Source of the DNA: an uncultured Bacteroides sp.
GTDB lineage: Bacteria > Bacteroidota > Bacteroidia > Bacteroidales > UBA11471
Direction: 5' to 3'
NCBI GenBank assembly: GCA_963931635.1
Contig: OZ007034.1
Span: 2,521,285-2,585,284, forward strand
DNA: 64,000 bases
Numbering within the stretch: the first letter of the stretch is position 1; the number at the start of each line of letters is the position of its first letter. Shown here in pieces: positions 10,637-20,355 of this stretch. Position numbers and translations under genes: made by a program. The notes under the pieces are model-generated. The model ran no database searches. It worked only from the letters and a program-made list of their open reading frames with translations, and was not told the DNA's origin.

Positions 10637-11596
10637 ATGAGATTAGCCATTGTTGTCCCCTGCTATAATGAAGAAAAAGTTATCTCCGAATCAGCCAGGC
10701 GACTTACCAACGTTCTTCACACTCTGATAACAAACAAGAAAATCGAAGATAACAGTTTCATTCTCTTTGTTAATGACGGGAGTAAAGACAATACGTGGCC
10801 TATGATAGAAGATCTCTATACCAAAGACAAACACATCTTTGGCCTCTGTCTGGCATTAAACCGAGGGCACCAAAATGCCCTACTGGCAGGCCTCATGTGT
10901 GCCAAAGACATTTGTGACGCTGCAATCTCTATTGATGCCGACCTGCAAGACGATGTCAATTGCATCGAATCCATGGTCGACGCTTACCTGCAAGGATTCG
11001 ATATCGTCTATGGTGTGCGCAGCTCTCGGAAAAGCGATACGTTCTTCAAACGGACCACTGCATTAGCTTTTTACCGGCTTATGTCATGGCTCGGAGCAAA
11101 ATCGGTCTATAATCACGCCGACTATCGCTTGATGAGTCGTCGCGCCTTACAACATTTGGCTCTCTATCCTGAACGGAATCTTTTCTTGCGGGGCATTATT
11201 CCCACCATCGGGTACAAATCGACTTGTGTTTATTACAAGCGAAACGAGCGATTTGCCGGAGAGTCGAAATACCCGTTACGCAAAATGATTAATTTTGCCA
11301 TAGAAGGTATTACATCTTTCTCGGTAAAACCCATACGACTCATCTCTTCCATGGGTTTTCTCATTCTGTTCATCACCCTTATCATGGCCATATACACGCT
11401 GGTATCGTTTTTCATGGGAGATACCGTCGAGGGGTGGGCCTCACTCATGCTCTCGCTTTGGTTCCTGGGCAGCGTACTGCTTATTGCCATAGGCACCATA
11501 GGGGAATATATCGGAAAGATATACATCGAAGTAAAACATCGCCCCCGCTATACCATTGAAACCTTTCTGACTCACGACCACGACGATAAGGAGTAG
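10637..11596 (+). CDS. GT2 polyprenyl-phosphate glycosyltransferase (GtrB/ArnC/DPM1-like)
   Basis: The ATG at 10637 gives MRLAIVVPCYNEE...FVNDGSKDNT...SIDADLQDD, followed by two C-terminal TM helices. The ORF-track start at 10574 is a TTG. Confidence 0.85.
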   Translation: MRLAIVVPCYNEEKVISESARRLTNVLHTLITNKKIEDNSFILFVNDGSKDNTWPMIEDLYTKDKHIFGLCLALNRGHQNALLAGLMCAKDICDAAISIDADLQDDVNCIESMVDAYLQGFDIVYGVRSSRKSDTFFKRTTALAFYRLMSWLGAKSVYNHADYRLMSRRALQHLALYPERNLFLRGIIPTIGYKSTCVYYKRNERFAGESKYPLRKMINFAIEGITSFSVKPIRLISSMGFLILFITLIMAIYTLVSFFMGDTVEGWASLMLSLWFLGSVLLIAIGTIGEYIGKIYIEVKHRPRYTIETFLTHDHDDKE

Positions 11597-11620
11597 AAAG
11601 ATACTTAAATAAAAAACAGA

Positions 11621-11650
11621 AAAGGCGATAACAATCAAGTTATCGCCTTT
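11621..11650. terminator. Bidirectional hairpin terminator between convergent genes
   Basis: aaaggcgataac (11621-11632), loop aatcaa, gttatcgccttt (11639-11650). A/T runs on both sides. Confidence 0.7.
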
Positions 11651-11683
11651 TCTATTAAATAACCTTCTTTATAAGGTGGGTAA

Positions 11684-12811
11684 TTATTTCTCGTAAAGAC
11701 CGGCAACAAATTTGGCCAGCTCTTCACCTCTCAGATCCTGTGCAATAATCTTGCCTTCGGGATCGATGATATACATACGAGGAATACCCGTAACATTATA
11801 ACGTTTGGCAGCAGGACAATTCCAGCCTTTCAGCGAAGATACGTGATGCCAGTTCATATCATTCTTCTTGATAGCAGCTTTCCACGGGCCAACGGTCTCA
11901 TCGAGCGAAACGCCGAAGATTTCGAAACCTTTGTCGTGATATTTCTCATAGATAGCCTTTACATTGGGTACTTCGCGCAAGCAGGGGCCACACCAAGAAG
12001 CCCAGAAGTCGAGCAGTACATAGTGTCCACGCAGGCTATACAGCGACAGTTCGGTGCTATCGGGAGTCATCAGTTTGATGTCAGGAGCCGTTCCACCTAC
12101 CGATACACTGGCCAGTTCGTCGATAGCCGTTTTCAGTTCAATTCCGGGATTCGACTGTTTTACGCGGTCGGTCAGTTTGGCATAAGCGGCCTCTACTTCA
12201 TCGAAAGATTTATTTTGAATCATATACTCTTTGATGAAATATGCAACGCCATAATTGTTCTTGGCCGAATCGACATAGTTGGCCATCGACTCTTGCATTT
12301 TTTCCTCAATCATAGTATACACAGCAACGGCAGAATCTATCGACATGCTCTTATCCTCTCCTGAGAGAATGTTCGAGAATGTAAACATTTTTCCCAATGA
12401 CATGAAAGCCGAAGCCATAATCAGATCATATCCATTTTCATAGGCAATCTGTTCATCGCCTTCAGCCTTAATAGCAAGCACTTCCTGTACTGTACTATCT
12501 TTGGCTGTACGAGTTTCCATTGCTATGGTTACACTCACCGGCACATCCGAAACAAGAATAACTTTTTTAGCTTCGTTGGCAGCATTTACCTCATAAAGGT
12601 CAACTTTATTGGCCAACGAGAACGAGAAAGAGCCATCGGCAGCCACTACGGTCGAGTCGATAACCTGAGCCTCTTTCTCCACTTTCTTTTGCAGATAGAC
12701 CGTTTTTCCGGCCCCCTCTTTCCATGTACCGTCAACGACATATTTTTCGGTACAAGCCGAGAGACTTAAAACGCCGATAAAGGCGACAGCGGTTAAATTC
12801 GTCAGTTTCAT
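11684..12811 (-). CDS. TlpA/ResA-like thiol:disulfide oxidoreductase lipoprotein
   Basis: 375 aa. Lipobox LSLSAC. C-terminal thioredoxin fold with FWASWCGPC. Confidence 0.85.
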   Translation of the reverse strand: MKLTNLTAVAFIGVLSLSACTEKYVVDGTWKEGAGKTVYLQKKVEKEAQVIDSTVVAADGSFSFSLANKVDLYEVNAANEAKKVILVSDVPVSVTIAMETRTAKDSTVQEVLAIKAEGDEQIAYENGYDLIMASAFMSLGKMFTFSNILSGEDKSMSIDSAVAVYTMIEEKMQESMANYVDSAKNNYGVAYFIKEYMIQNKSFDEVEAAYAKLTDRVKQSNPGIELKTAIDELASVSVGGTAPDIKLMTPDSTELSLYSLRGHYVLLDFWASWCGPCLREVPNVKAIYEKYHDKGFEIFGVSLDETVGPWKAAIKKNDMNWHHVSSLKGWNCPAAKRYNVTGIPRMYIIDPEGKIIAQDLRGEELAKFVAGLYEK

Positions 12812-12836
12812 TTTATAAAAGATTTATGATATACAA

Positions 12837-12864
12837 TAGCCCCTGCCCAAATGGGCAGGGGCTA
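12837..12864 (-). terminator. Hairpin after the Cys-rich lipoprotein gene
   Basis: tagcccctgccc (12837-12848), loop aaat, gggcaggggcta (12853-12864). GC-rich 12-bp stem. It sits between the lipoprotein stop (12873) and the TlpA start (12811). Confidence 0.6.
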
Positions 12865-12872
12865 TGCACTTT

Positions 12873-14075
12873 TTATTGTTTGTCGTTCAAGATGACACCA
12901 TTCGAAGCGAAGTATTCCTTGCAAAGTTCTACACGAGCTTTGATGTCGGGCAATACATCGTTTACGGTCTTGGCATTTTCGCCACCCAGATATTCAGTCG
13001 GGAAGGGAGAACCCTCTTCGGTATCAGCTTTGTCGAGAGCATCCTGTACTTGTGCATAGAAGGCCTCTTTCTCAGCGGCGGTAGTCGTTACGATGAAAGC
13101 TACATAGTCGCCCAGAACCTGAGCCAAAGATGCACGGTAGTAGGTAGCACAATAAAGGCTGGGATAACCATATTCAGTTGCTGTCTGCTCGTCGTAGAGA
13201 GTCAGTTCGTAGGCACCAACACGAGCGGGACGCAGTTCGCTCTGGAACCAAACGGTAGGCATATTCCACAAATTCTCACTATTGGTTATCTCGTCGAAAG
13301 AATTCCAGAAAATCGACTCGTTCGTCCAACCGGTTACAAAATCTTCGGCAGAAGAGTCATAATATCCATCACAGTTTTCGTTCAACGAGAAAATCATGAA
13401 TCCCAAATCTACACCCACTGTATAATCGATACTGTACTGGTTAAAAGCAGCAGGCTCGTCGAGCGTAGAGTTGGCAATATTGGAATAGATATACTCTACT
13501 ACAAGCGAAGTGTAAAGACGTTTGAGATAGGTCTTGTCCATCGTATCGAAATCGGAGCAGCAGTGCGAGAACATGATGAACTCGGGACAGCAGGTACCAC
13601 CTTCAAATGCGTAATGAATATCTTTTGCCAAGTTAATAAGACCTATGTTACGATTGCTGTAATAAGGATGGTATTGTACTTCGCTGGCGAAATAGATGGT
13701 ACGCGGCATATATTTCGAAATAAATTCTTCACCGAAAACGGGGAATACCTCCGTTTCGAGGAAGTTAAGCACCTTACCTACATATTCATTATCGGCCGGC
13801 ACAAAGTATTGACCTTGAAAATCGGGTATTGAATCGCCGTTCTCGTCAGCACGGCCATTAACCCAACGGAACATCTGTCCATCAGGCGAAGCATAGCAAA
13901 ATGTAGCGGTATCGACATCGAGGGTAGCTTCTAGGTCGTACTTCGTGTTAAATGCGGCAATAGCTTCGTCAGGAGTCAGAGCAGGAGTATTGCCGGCGTC
14001 GTTGGTATCGTCTTCACACGCCGTAAATGCAACAGCCGCCAACAAGCAGCTTGCAAACCAAAAGTGTTTTTTCAT
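12873..14075 (-). CDS. Cys-rich surface lipoprotein of unknown function (PUL accessory)
   Basis: 400 aa. Lipobox AVAFTAC followed by an acidic linker EDDTNDAG. Two vicinal Cys pairs (GGTCCPEF, SHCCSDF). It lies directly downstream of the SusD-like gene. Confidence 0.7.
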   Translation of the reverse strand: MKKHFWFASCLLAAVAFTACEDDTNDAGNTPALTPDEAIAAFNTKYDLEATLDVDTATFCYASPDGQMFRWVNGRADENGDSIPDFQGQYFVPADNEYVGKVLNFLETEVFPVFGEEFISKYMPRTIYFASEVQYHPYYSNRNIGLINLAKDIHYAFEGGTCCPEFIMFSHCCSDFDTMDKTYLKRLYTSLVVEYIYSNIANSTLDEPAAFNQYSIDYTVGVDLGFMIFSLNENCDGYYDSSAEDFVTGWTNESIFWNSFDEITNSENLWNMPTVWFQSELRPARVGAYELTLYDEQTATEYGYPSLYCATYYRASLAQVLGDYVAFIVTTTAAEKEAFYAQVQDALDKADTEEGSPFPTEYLGGENAKTVNDVLPDIKARVELCKEYFASNGVILNDKQ

Positions 14076-14113
14076 AACTGTGAGATTAAAAAAGTTTATA
14101 AATAGGGTTTACA

Positions 14114-15658
14114 TCAATACGGTATTAAGGGGCGTACGGGTCGGGAATTGACGTTCTGTGGATTGATGCGTCGCTCGGCCAGCGGGAAATTCAACGTATA
14201 GGCAGCATCGTCTTTCTCGAGTTTGTAATACCCTGCATTTCCATAGGGGTGAATGATTTCGGCACGGGTCGTACGACGTAGGTCGATAAAGCGGTGAAAC
14301 TCCTCAAAGCAAAGTTCACGACGACGCTCGTCCCAAATAAACTGTACAATCGCATCGCCATCGGCAAAATCCGACGGTGTCAACTCTACATAGGCCTGAC
14401 TGTCGATGCGGTAACGACGCAGAGTGTTTGTATATTTCAACGCCTCGGCGTAGTCGGGATTCTCTTTGCGGGCATAAGCTTCGGCCAGCGAAAGGTAGGC
14501 TTCGGCCGAACGGAAAGCAGCCCGCATATAGAGATTGTCGTAGGTATTAAATTTTATATCGCTGTAATTGCCGGCCCGATAATATTCCGAACGCAAGTCC
14601 TTGCGGGGAGGTATATACCAATAGGCCAGACGATGGTCTCCTATACAGGTTGTCGTGTCGTAATCATACAAACTTATAAGATTGTTGTCGATGGTACGCG
14701 AAAGGGTAAATGTCTGCTCCTGTGCGTTGGAACGCGATATAAGTTTTGAGCCCAATGTCGCAGTGCTACCGGCAAAACAGAACATCAACTCGGGATTGGC
14801 CGGCTGCATGAAGTTGTCATAGTCTGCAGAACCCGATATTTCGCCATCGGCCACAGCTTTAATACGATCGGTAATGTCAAACAGTTTGTCATTTGCGGCT
14901 AAGATTTCTTTTGCATACGTAATCACAGCATCGAAATCATTGGTATAAAGAGCCTTGCGCATGGCAACAAAAAGCATGGCATTGTAACCGATGTAGTAAT
15001 AGTTACCGGTGTCCTTGCCTTTCAAGGCAGCCAGTCCCTCGGTAATATCACTATCGATTTGCGCATATACTTCGGCAAAAGTGGCCCGTTCATACGGTTG
15101 GAGCGACGGTGTGGGATCGGTCTTTAAGGGCACACACAAAGTTTCGGGAGTAGCCATATCGTAAGGTACTGCATAGATGTTTGCCAACATAAGATAGGCA
15201 AATGCCCGATGGAATAATGCCTGTCCTCGCAGGATAGCCTGCTCGTCGGGAGTACCTTCGAGGCCTTTATCCAAGGCATCAATACAGGTGTTAGCTACCA
15301 GTATTTGAGAATAAAGGTAATTGAAAAGTTCATCTTCGAAGGATTCATCTTCATCTTCGATTTCGTCGCGCCACTGATATACATAACGATATTTGATAAT
15401 GTTGAATGGCAATGTATTGTCTTGATTGGGCGTGAACAATTCCATATCATCGGTCATGAGGTTCAGCCATGTTCCATCATTAATCAGTGAATAGAAATAG
15501 CCTTCACCCTGCAAAATCTCGGTATAATCGGCACAAGTGGTAGGAATGACCAGATTCTGAGCCGAACGTTCGAGGAAATCGTCGCAACTTCCTAAAGTCA
15601 AGCTAAAAGCAAGCAGCAGTGTATAAATGGTTTTCCGTATCATGATTTTCTTTTTCAT
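14114..15658 (-). CDS. SusD/RagB-family nutrient-binding lipoprotein
   Basis: 514 aa. Lipobox LTLGSCDDFLERSAQN, TPR-like helical body and the typical C-terminal region. It is 12 nt downstream of the SusC-like gene. Confidence 0.9.
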   Translation of the reverse strand: MKKKIMIRKTIYTLLLAFSLTLGSCDDFLERSAQNLVIPTTCADYTEILQGEGYFYSLINDGTWLNLMTDDMELFTPNQDNTLPFNIIKYRYVYQWRDEIEDEDESFEDELFNYLYSQILVANTCIDALDKGLEGTPDEQAILRGQALFHRAFAYLMLANIYAVPYDMATPETLCVPLKTDPTPSLQPYERATFAEVYAQIDSDITEGLAALKGKDTGNYYYIGYNAMLFVAMRKALYTNDFDAVITYAKEILAANDKLFDITDRIKAVADGEISGSADYDNFMQPANPELMFCFAGSTATLGSKLISRSNAQEQTFTLSRTIDNNLISLYDYDTTTCIGDHRLAYWYIPPRKDLRSEYYRAGNYSDIKFNTYDNLYMRAAFRSAEAYLSLAEAYARKENPDYAEALKYTNTLRRYRIDSQAYVELTPSDFADGDAIVQFIWDERRRELCFEEFHRFIDLRRTTRAEIIHPYGNAGYYKLEKDDAAYTLNFPLAERRINPQNVNSRPVRPLIPY

Positions 15659-15670
15659 TTTAAAGTTGGG

Positions 15671-18600
15671 TTAAAATCCGATTGTTACCGACAATGAGTA
15701 GGTGCGGGGTATCGAAGAGGTTGCATAACTACCCTGTTCGGGGTCGAAACCATGCCAACGCTTATCGGCAATGATAAAGAGGTTATTGGCTTGGGCCGAA
15801 ATCTGGAAATTAGCCAGATGCATCTTTTTCAGCATTTTCTTATTGAAAATGTAGGAAAGCGAAAGGCTGCGCAGGCGGAAGTTGTCGGTCGAACATACGC
15901 GGGCCGTCGAGTAATCATACATCGAAGTACCGTAAATATGGTCAACATTCGCGCGCATAGGTCTCACGCCCAAATTGTTATAGGTATTGTCATCGTACAG
16001 TGCCGGAATATTGGTATGCAACTCATCGCCAGGTTCTCTCCAACGGTCAAGGAACTCTCTACTAACATTCTTTTCGGGGTCAAACACAGAATCATAATCG
16101 CCATAGATATACGGCAGACGATTGACGGCACCCAGCGAATAGGTAAACGAACCGCGGAGAATCCACTCCTTCCAACGATATTCAAGGTTGATACCACCAG
16201 TGTGAGGAGGCGTAACCACACCCGATTTCACGAGTTCAATCTCGTCTTCATAAAGGGTATAGTTCTTATAGGTTTTACCACCCCAGGTAGCCGAGGTGTT
16301 TCCTTTCTTGTCATAGAAGAGAGGCAATCCGTTTTCATGATCAAGACCGGCAAACGGATAGGAGTATATGGTACCCAAAGCTTCTCCTTCGAGGAGAGCC
16401 GAACCCGACAACATATTCTCACGGGTATTGGTCGACTCATCATTGGCTTTTATCAATTCATTCTTATTGTAAGAGTGAATAAAGCCGATGACCAGACGCA
16501 TATCCTTAGTCTGGAACGGGGTAAATTTCACAGCCAGTTCAACACCGCTGTTATTGACATTACCGCCGTTGATTTTTCGCGTGGTGTAACCATTAACAGC
16601 CGATATAGTCTTGTTAATAATCATGTCGGTACCCACTTTCTTGTATGCATCGAAGGTTGCAGTAATACGGTCAAGAAGGAACGAAAGGTCCAAACCGACG
16701 TTATACTGTGTAGTCTTTTCCCAACGCAGGTCTTCGTTTGGCCAATAGGCAACTGTCGATGTTGCCATACCTGTATTAGAATTTATAGAGCCAATCTGCA
16801 TGACCAAATCGGGCGATGTGGCTTTATCGACATTTCCTTGAATACCATAAGATGCTCGCACAGCCAGATAGGACAACCAGTCCTGATATGGTTTCATAAA
16901 ACGTTCGTTAGTCAGGGCATATTTACCCGAAACAGACCAGATGGGCAAGAAACGATATTCGGGATTCTCTCCAAACTGGTTACTACCGTCCATACGCATA
17001 TTGGCATTGAGAGTATATGTATCTTTGTAAGAATAGATTCCCGAGAATATCCACGAAACCGTATTCGCTTTATTATCGGTAATTATTGGGGTAAACGCTC
17101 CGTTTTTCAAGTCAACAATGTAGGCATCGGTGTACGATGGCGATATAACCTGTCCACGTTCGGGCATCCACCCATACTGAGTTCCAGAATATCCGTCGGT
17201 AATCACACTGCGAATCTCCGATGTGGCCAAAGCACTGACCAAGTGTCCTTTAAAATTTTTAGAATAATTCAAGGTATTACGGATGTCGAGGTTGTCTTGG
17301 TTGCCTCACTCTTCGAGATAATACCCCCTTGCGGTATTACACTCTCATTCCAAGCAGAACTTCCAAACTCCAACTCATCATACACATATCCGCGTATCGT
17401 ATTGACATAATAGGAATTTTCCTGAGCCCAAGAGGTTGTTTTAGTTGCATTGTAAACATACGAACCGGTCATTTCATAACGTAATCCGTCGACAACCTTC
17501 CAAACGAAGTTCACCAAACCGGTGATGCTTCCCAAGTCGGCATAATTTCCGGTAGTCTGAGCTTCATGTAAGGCATTGAACGCATAAGTCTCATTAGCCA
17601 TATTACTCGAAGAGAACGTCTCGTAAGGTTGATAGAAAAATAGTGATCCATCGTTGTTATAAGCCGGTATAGTACGAGCAGTCTCCCGAGCATAGGAATC
17701 GGGATTGAAACTGGAATGATAACCTTGATTATCGGTAATCGAACCGTTCAACTGAAATCCCAAATAGACCTTAGATGATAACCAGGAATTGAGTTTGAGT
17801 ATGGCGGTGTAACGTTTGGACACCTCTTGACGGGCTGTACCTTGAGCGATAGAAGCTCCTACCGAAGAGTAATAGGTCGTACTCTCGTTCCCTCCCGACA
17901 AACTGACGGTATGATTCTGCGTTACAGCATTGCGGAAAAGAAGATCGAACCAGTCGGTATTACGGTCAATCATCTCCTCTACGGCCGCATCAAACTCCGA
18001 ACGGGTCAGCGTCTTGGCATCGTACTGAGCTTTGAGCATTTCATAACCAAGGTTGAAGTTCTTACGGGTATAAGAGAGCCGCGAATCGAGTAGGTCTTTT
18101 GAGAGTTGCACACGCTCTTCGGCGTCCATCAGATAAAGTCGGCGATAATTTTCACGCTGGTTGATGGAGACCGAACCGTTATAGGTAAGTTGGGCCGGTC
18201 CGTTGCGGCCTTTCTTGGTGGTCACGACAATGACGCCGTTGGCGGCCTGCACACCATAAATGGCCGTTGCCGAGGCGTCTTTCAGGACGGTAATGCTCTC
18301 GATGTCGTTGGGATTGACACCGGCGATGGCATTACCCACGAGATATTGGGCATCTTCGGCCATAGGGTCGAGGTTTCCGCTCGAATCCCAGTTCACACTG
18401 TTGTCGTCGAGAATAATACCATCAAGAACCCACAACGGAGCAGTGTTACCATATAACGACGAGGTTCCTCGAATACGAATCTTAGGCGTAGCACTAGGGC
18501 CACCACTGGTAGTCATTACCGACATACCAGCCACTTGACCGGCCAACATCTGATCGATGGAAAATTTATCGGAGAGCTTGATATCTTCCATTTCAATCTG

Positions 18601-18982
18601 AGAAACGGCACTCGCCAACTCCCTGCGATTGACGTTCTGATAACCAGTAACGACAACCTCATCGAGGTATGCACTTTTTTCAAACCATCGTTACATCTAC
18701 CTTCTTTTTGTCTCCGACCGGAATCTCCTGTGTCTCAAATCCTATGGAAGAAAACACAAGCGCAACAGAATCTTTATTGGATACAATAGCAATGTAATTA
18801 CCATTCTCATCTGTTACTGTACCACCAGAAGTTGCTCCCTTCTCTACTACCGTGACGCCTACTAAAGGCTCTTCATTTTCATCGGTTACATGACCAGAGA
18901 TGAATCTCACTTTTTGAGCTCCAGCCTCTGATATTCCCACGAACAAAAATGGAATAAACAATAATTGGAAAAATTTTCTCAT
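15671..18982 (-). pseudogene. SusC/RagA-type TonB-dependent transporter, interrupted by two frameshifts (real or assembly error)
   Basis: Three ORFs (18982-18680, 18618-17269, 17272-15671) read as one protein of about 1080 aa. It has a signal peptide plus CarboxypepD_reg-like domain (KVRFISGHVTDENEEPLVGVTVVEKG). The plug reads LDEVVVTGYQNVNRRELASAVSQIEMEDIKL...IRIRGTSSLYGNTAPLWVLDG. The barrel ends YSLSVTIGF. The first break is near 18680-18685, where my translation resumes EKSAYLDEVVVTGY in another frame. The second lies between 17272 and 17305 (...SKSEAT then NQDNLDIRNTLNYSKNF). Confidence 0.85.
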
Positions 18983-19056
18983 AGCACTACTATATTCCGT
19001 GTTATCGTCAATTGATAACTGTTGTTAGGTTCTACGGTATGTGTCTTAAACGATGC

Positions 19057-19064
19057 AAAGTTAT
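19057..19064 (-). promoter_or_regulatory. -7 box (TAnnTTTG) upstream of the SusC-like gene
   Basis: Plus strand reads caaagtta, which is TAACTTTG on the minus strand, about 75 nt upstream of the ATG at 18982. Confidence 0.4.
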
Positions 19065-19262
19065 ATATAAAATAGTGATAAAAAAATAAATTCGAAAGTT
19101 TTATCAAAAAAAGTTTGAGAAAGTATGAAATTTTGGGAATATTTCCTTTTTCTATTTTATTCTGTTATAAATAGATAGAGATATAAAAACGTTCATTATG
19201 GCAGAAGAAAATAATTATCTTTTTTTCTCGAACAAATCGTTAGCGATATAATGAATAAATAT

Positions 19263-19270
19263 TATTTTTG
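19263..19270 (+). promoter_or_regulatory. -7 box (TAnnTTTG) for miaA
   Basis: tatttttg, 17 nt upstream of the ATG at 19287. Confidence 0.4.
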
Positions 19271-19286
19271 CCACAAATATAAGATT

Positions 19287-20199
19287 ATGGACCTCATAAC
19301 GATTTTAGGACCCACAGCATCGGGAAAGACATCTTTGGCAGTAAAACTTGCCGACATTTTACATACAGAAATTATCAGTGCCGACTCCAGACAGATATAT
19401 CGTCGCATGAATATAGGAACGGGAAAAGATCTGGACGAATACACCCTAAACGGGCATCAGATACCCTATCACCTCATCGATATCTGTGAGCCGGGGTACA
19501 AATATAATCTCTACGAGTATCAACGAGACTTCAATCGTGCCTACGACGACATTTGCTCCCGCGGCAAGCTCCCTATATTATGTGGAGGAACGGGCCTTTA
19601 CATCGAAACAGTCCTCCGCGGATATCATATGCCCATGGTTCCTGAAAATAAATCACTGAGAGAAGCCCTGTCGAAACACACTCTTCCCGAGCTGGAAGCC
19701 ATACTGAAAACCTACAAAACACTGCATAACAAAACCGATGTTGATACCCCAAACGGGCCATTCGCGCCATAGAAATCGCAGAATACTATAAAACGCTGCC
19801 TCCTGAAGAGCGAAAAGACACACCGCTCGACAGTTATATAATAGGAATAGACATAGATAGGGACACAAGGCGCCAGCGCATCTCCGATAGACTTAAAGCT
19901 CGTCTCAATGCAGGAATGGTAGATGAAGTAAACACTAGATCGCGTGTTGAATAGCTGCTGAGGACCTTATATATTACGGTCTTGAATATAAATACCTGAC
20001 CGAGTACATTATCGGCAAATATTCGTTTGAAGAGATGACCCGATTGCTCGAAATCGCCATACACCAATTTGCCAAACGTCAGATGACCTGGTTCCGCGGT
20101 ATGGAACGACGCGGATTTACCATACACTGGGTCGATGGAAAAGAACCCTTTGACCTACTTAGCCAGAAAATAGCAAATAAAATAGAAGGACAGATGTAG
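19287..20199 (+). pseudogene. miaA: tRNA dimethylallyltransferase, read through three frames (two -1 frame breaks)
   Basis: Frame a (19287-19772) gives MDLITILGPTASGKTSLAVKLA...SADSRQIYRRMNIGTGK. The next frame, from about 19751, gives KRAIRAIEIAEYYKTLPPEERKDTPLDSYIIGIDIDRDTRRQRISDRLKARLNAGMVDEV, with a stop at 19952. The third frame, from 19960, gives EDLIYYGLEYKYLTEYIIGKYSFEEMTRLLEIAIHQFAKRQMTWFRGMERRGFTIHWVDG, with a stop at 20197-20199. Confidence 0.85.
19932..19950 (+). repeat. 19-nt direct repeat, copy 1 (acactagatcgcgtgttga), inside the second miaA frame break
   Basis: Identical 19-mer at 21930-21948, read directly from the sequence. Confidence 0.95.
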
Positions 20200-20355
20200 A
20201 GACCGCTATTGATTAAATAAGTATGAGAATAAAAATAAATCTCTATATCTGCCCTATTCCTTACCATAAACAGACGTTTGTATTGATTTGTTCACAATCA
20301 AGCATTTTTTTTCAGTAAAAAATACTTTACTTTGCACTCCAAATATTTTCCTCCG

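Noticed and set aside
15752-17410. 552-aa plus-strand ORF opposite the SusC-like barrel. Similar antisense ORFs lie at 12864-13832, 37498-38223 and 39082-40074.
   Set aside because: In each case the opposite strand encodes a protein with clear family features (TonB-dependent barrel, lipoprotein, OmpA-like, GlmS). The antisense translations are featureless.
19001-19019. Imperfect palindrome gttatcgtcaattgataac between the SusC promoter box and the start codon
   Set aside because: The arms are only 6 bp, in AT-rich DNA. It could be an operator, but the evidence is too weak to call.
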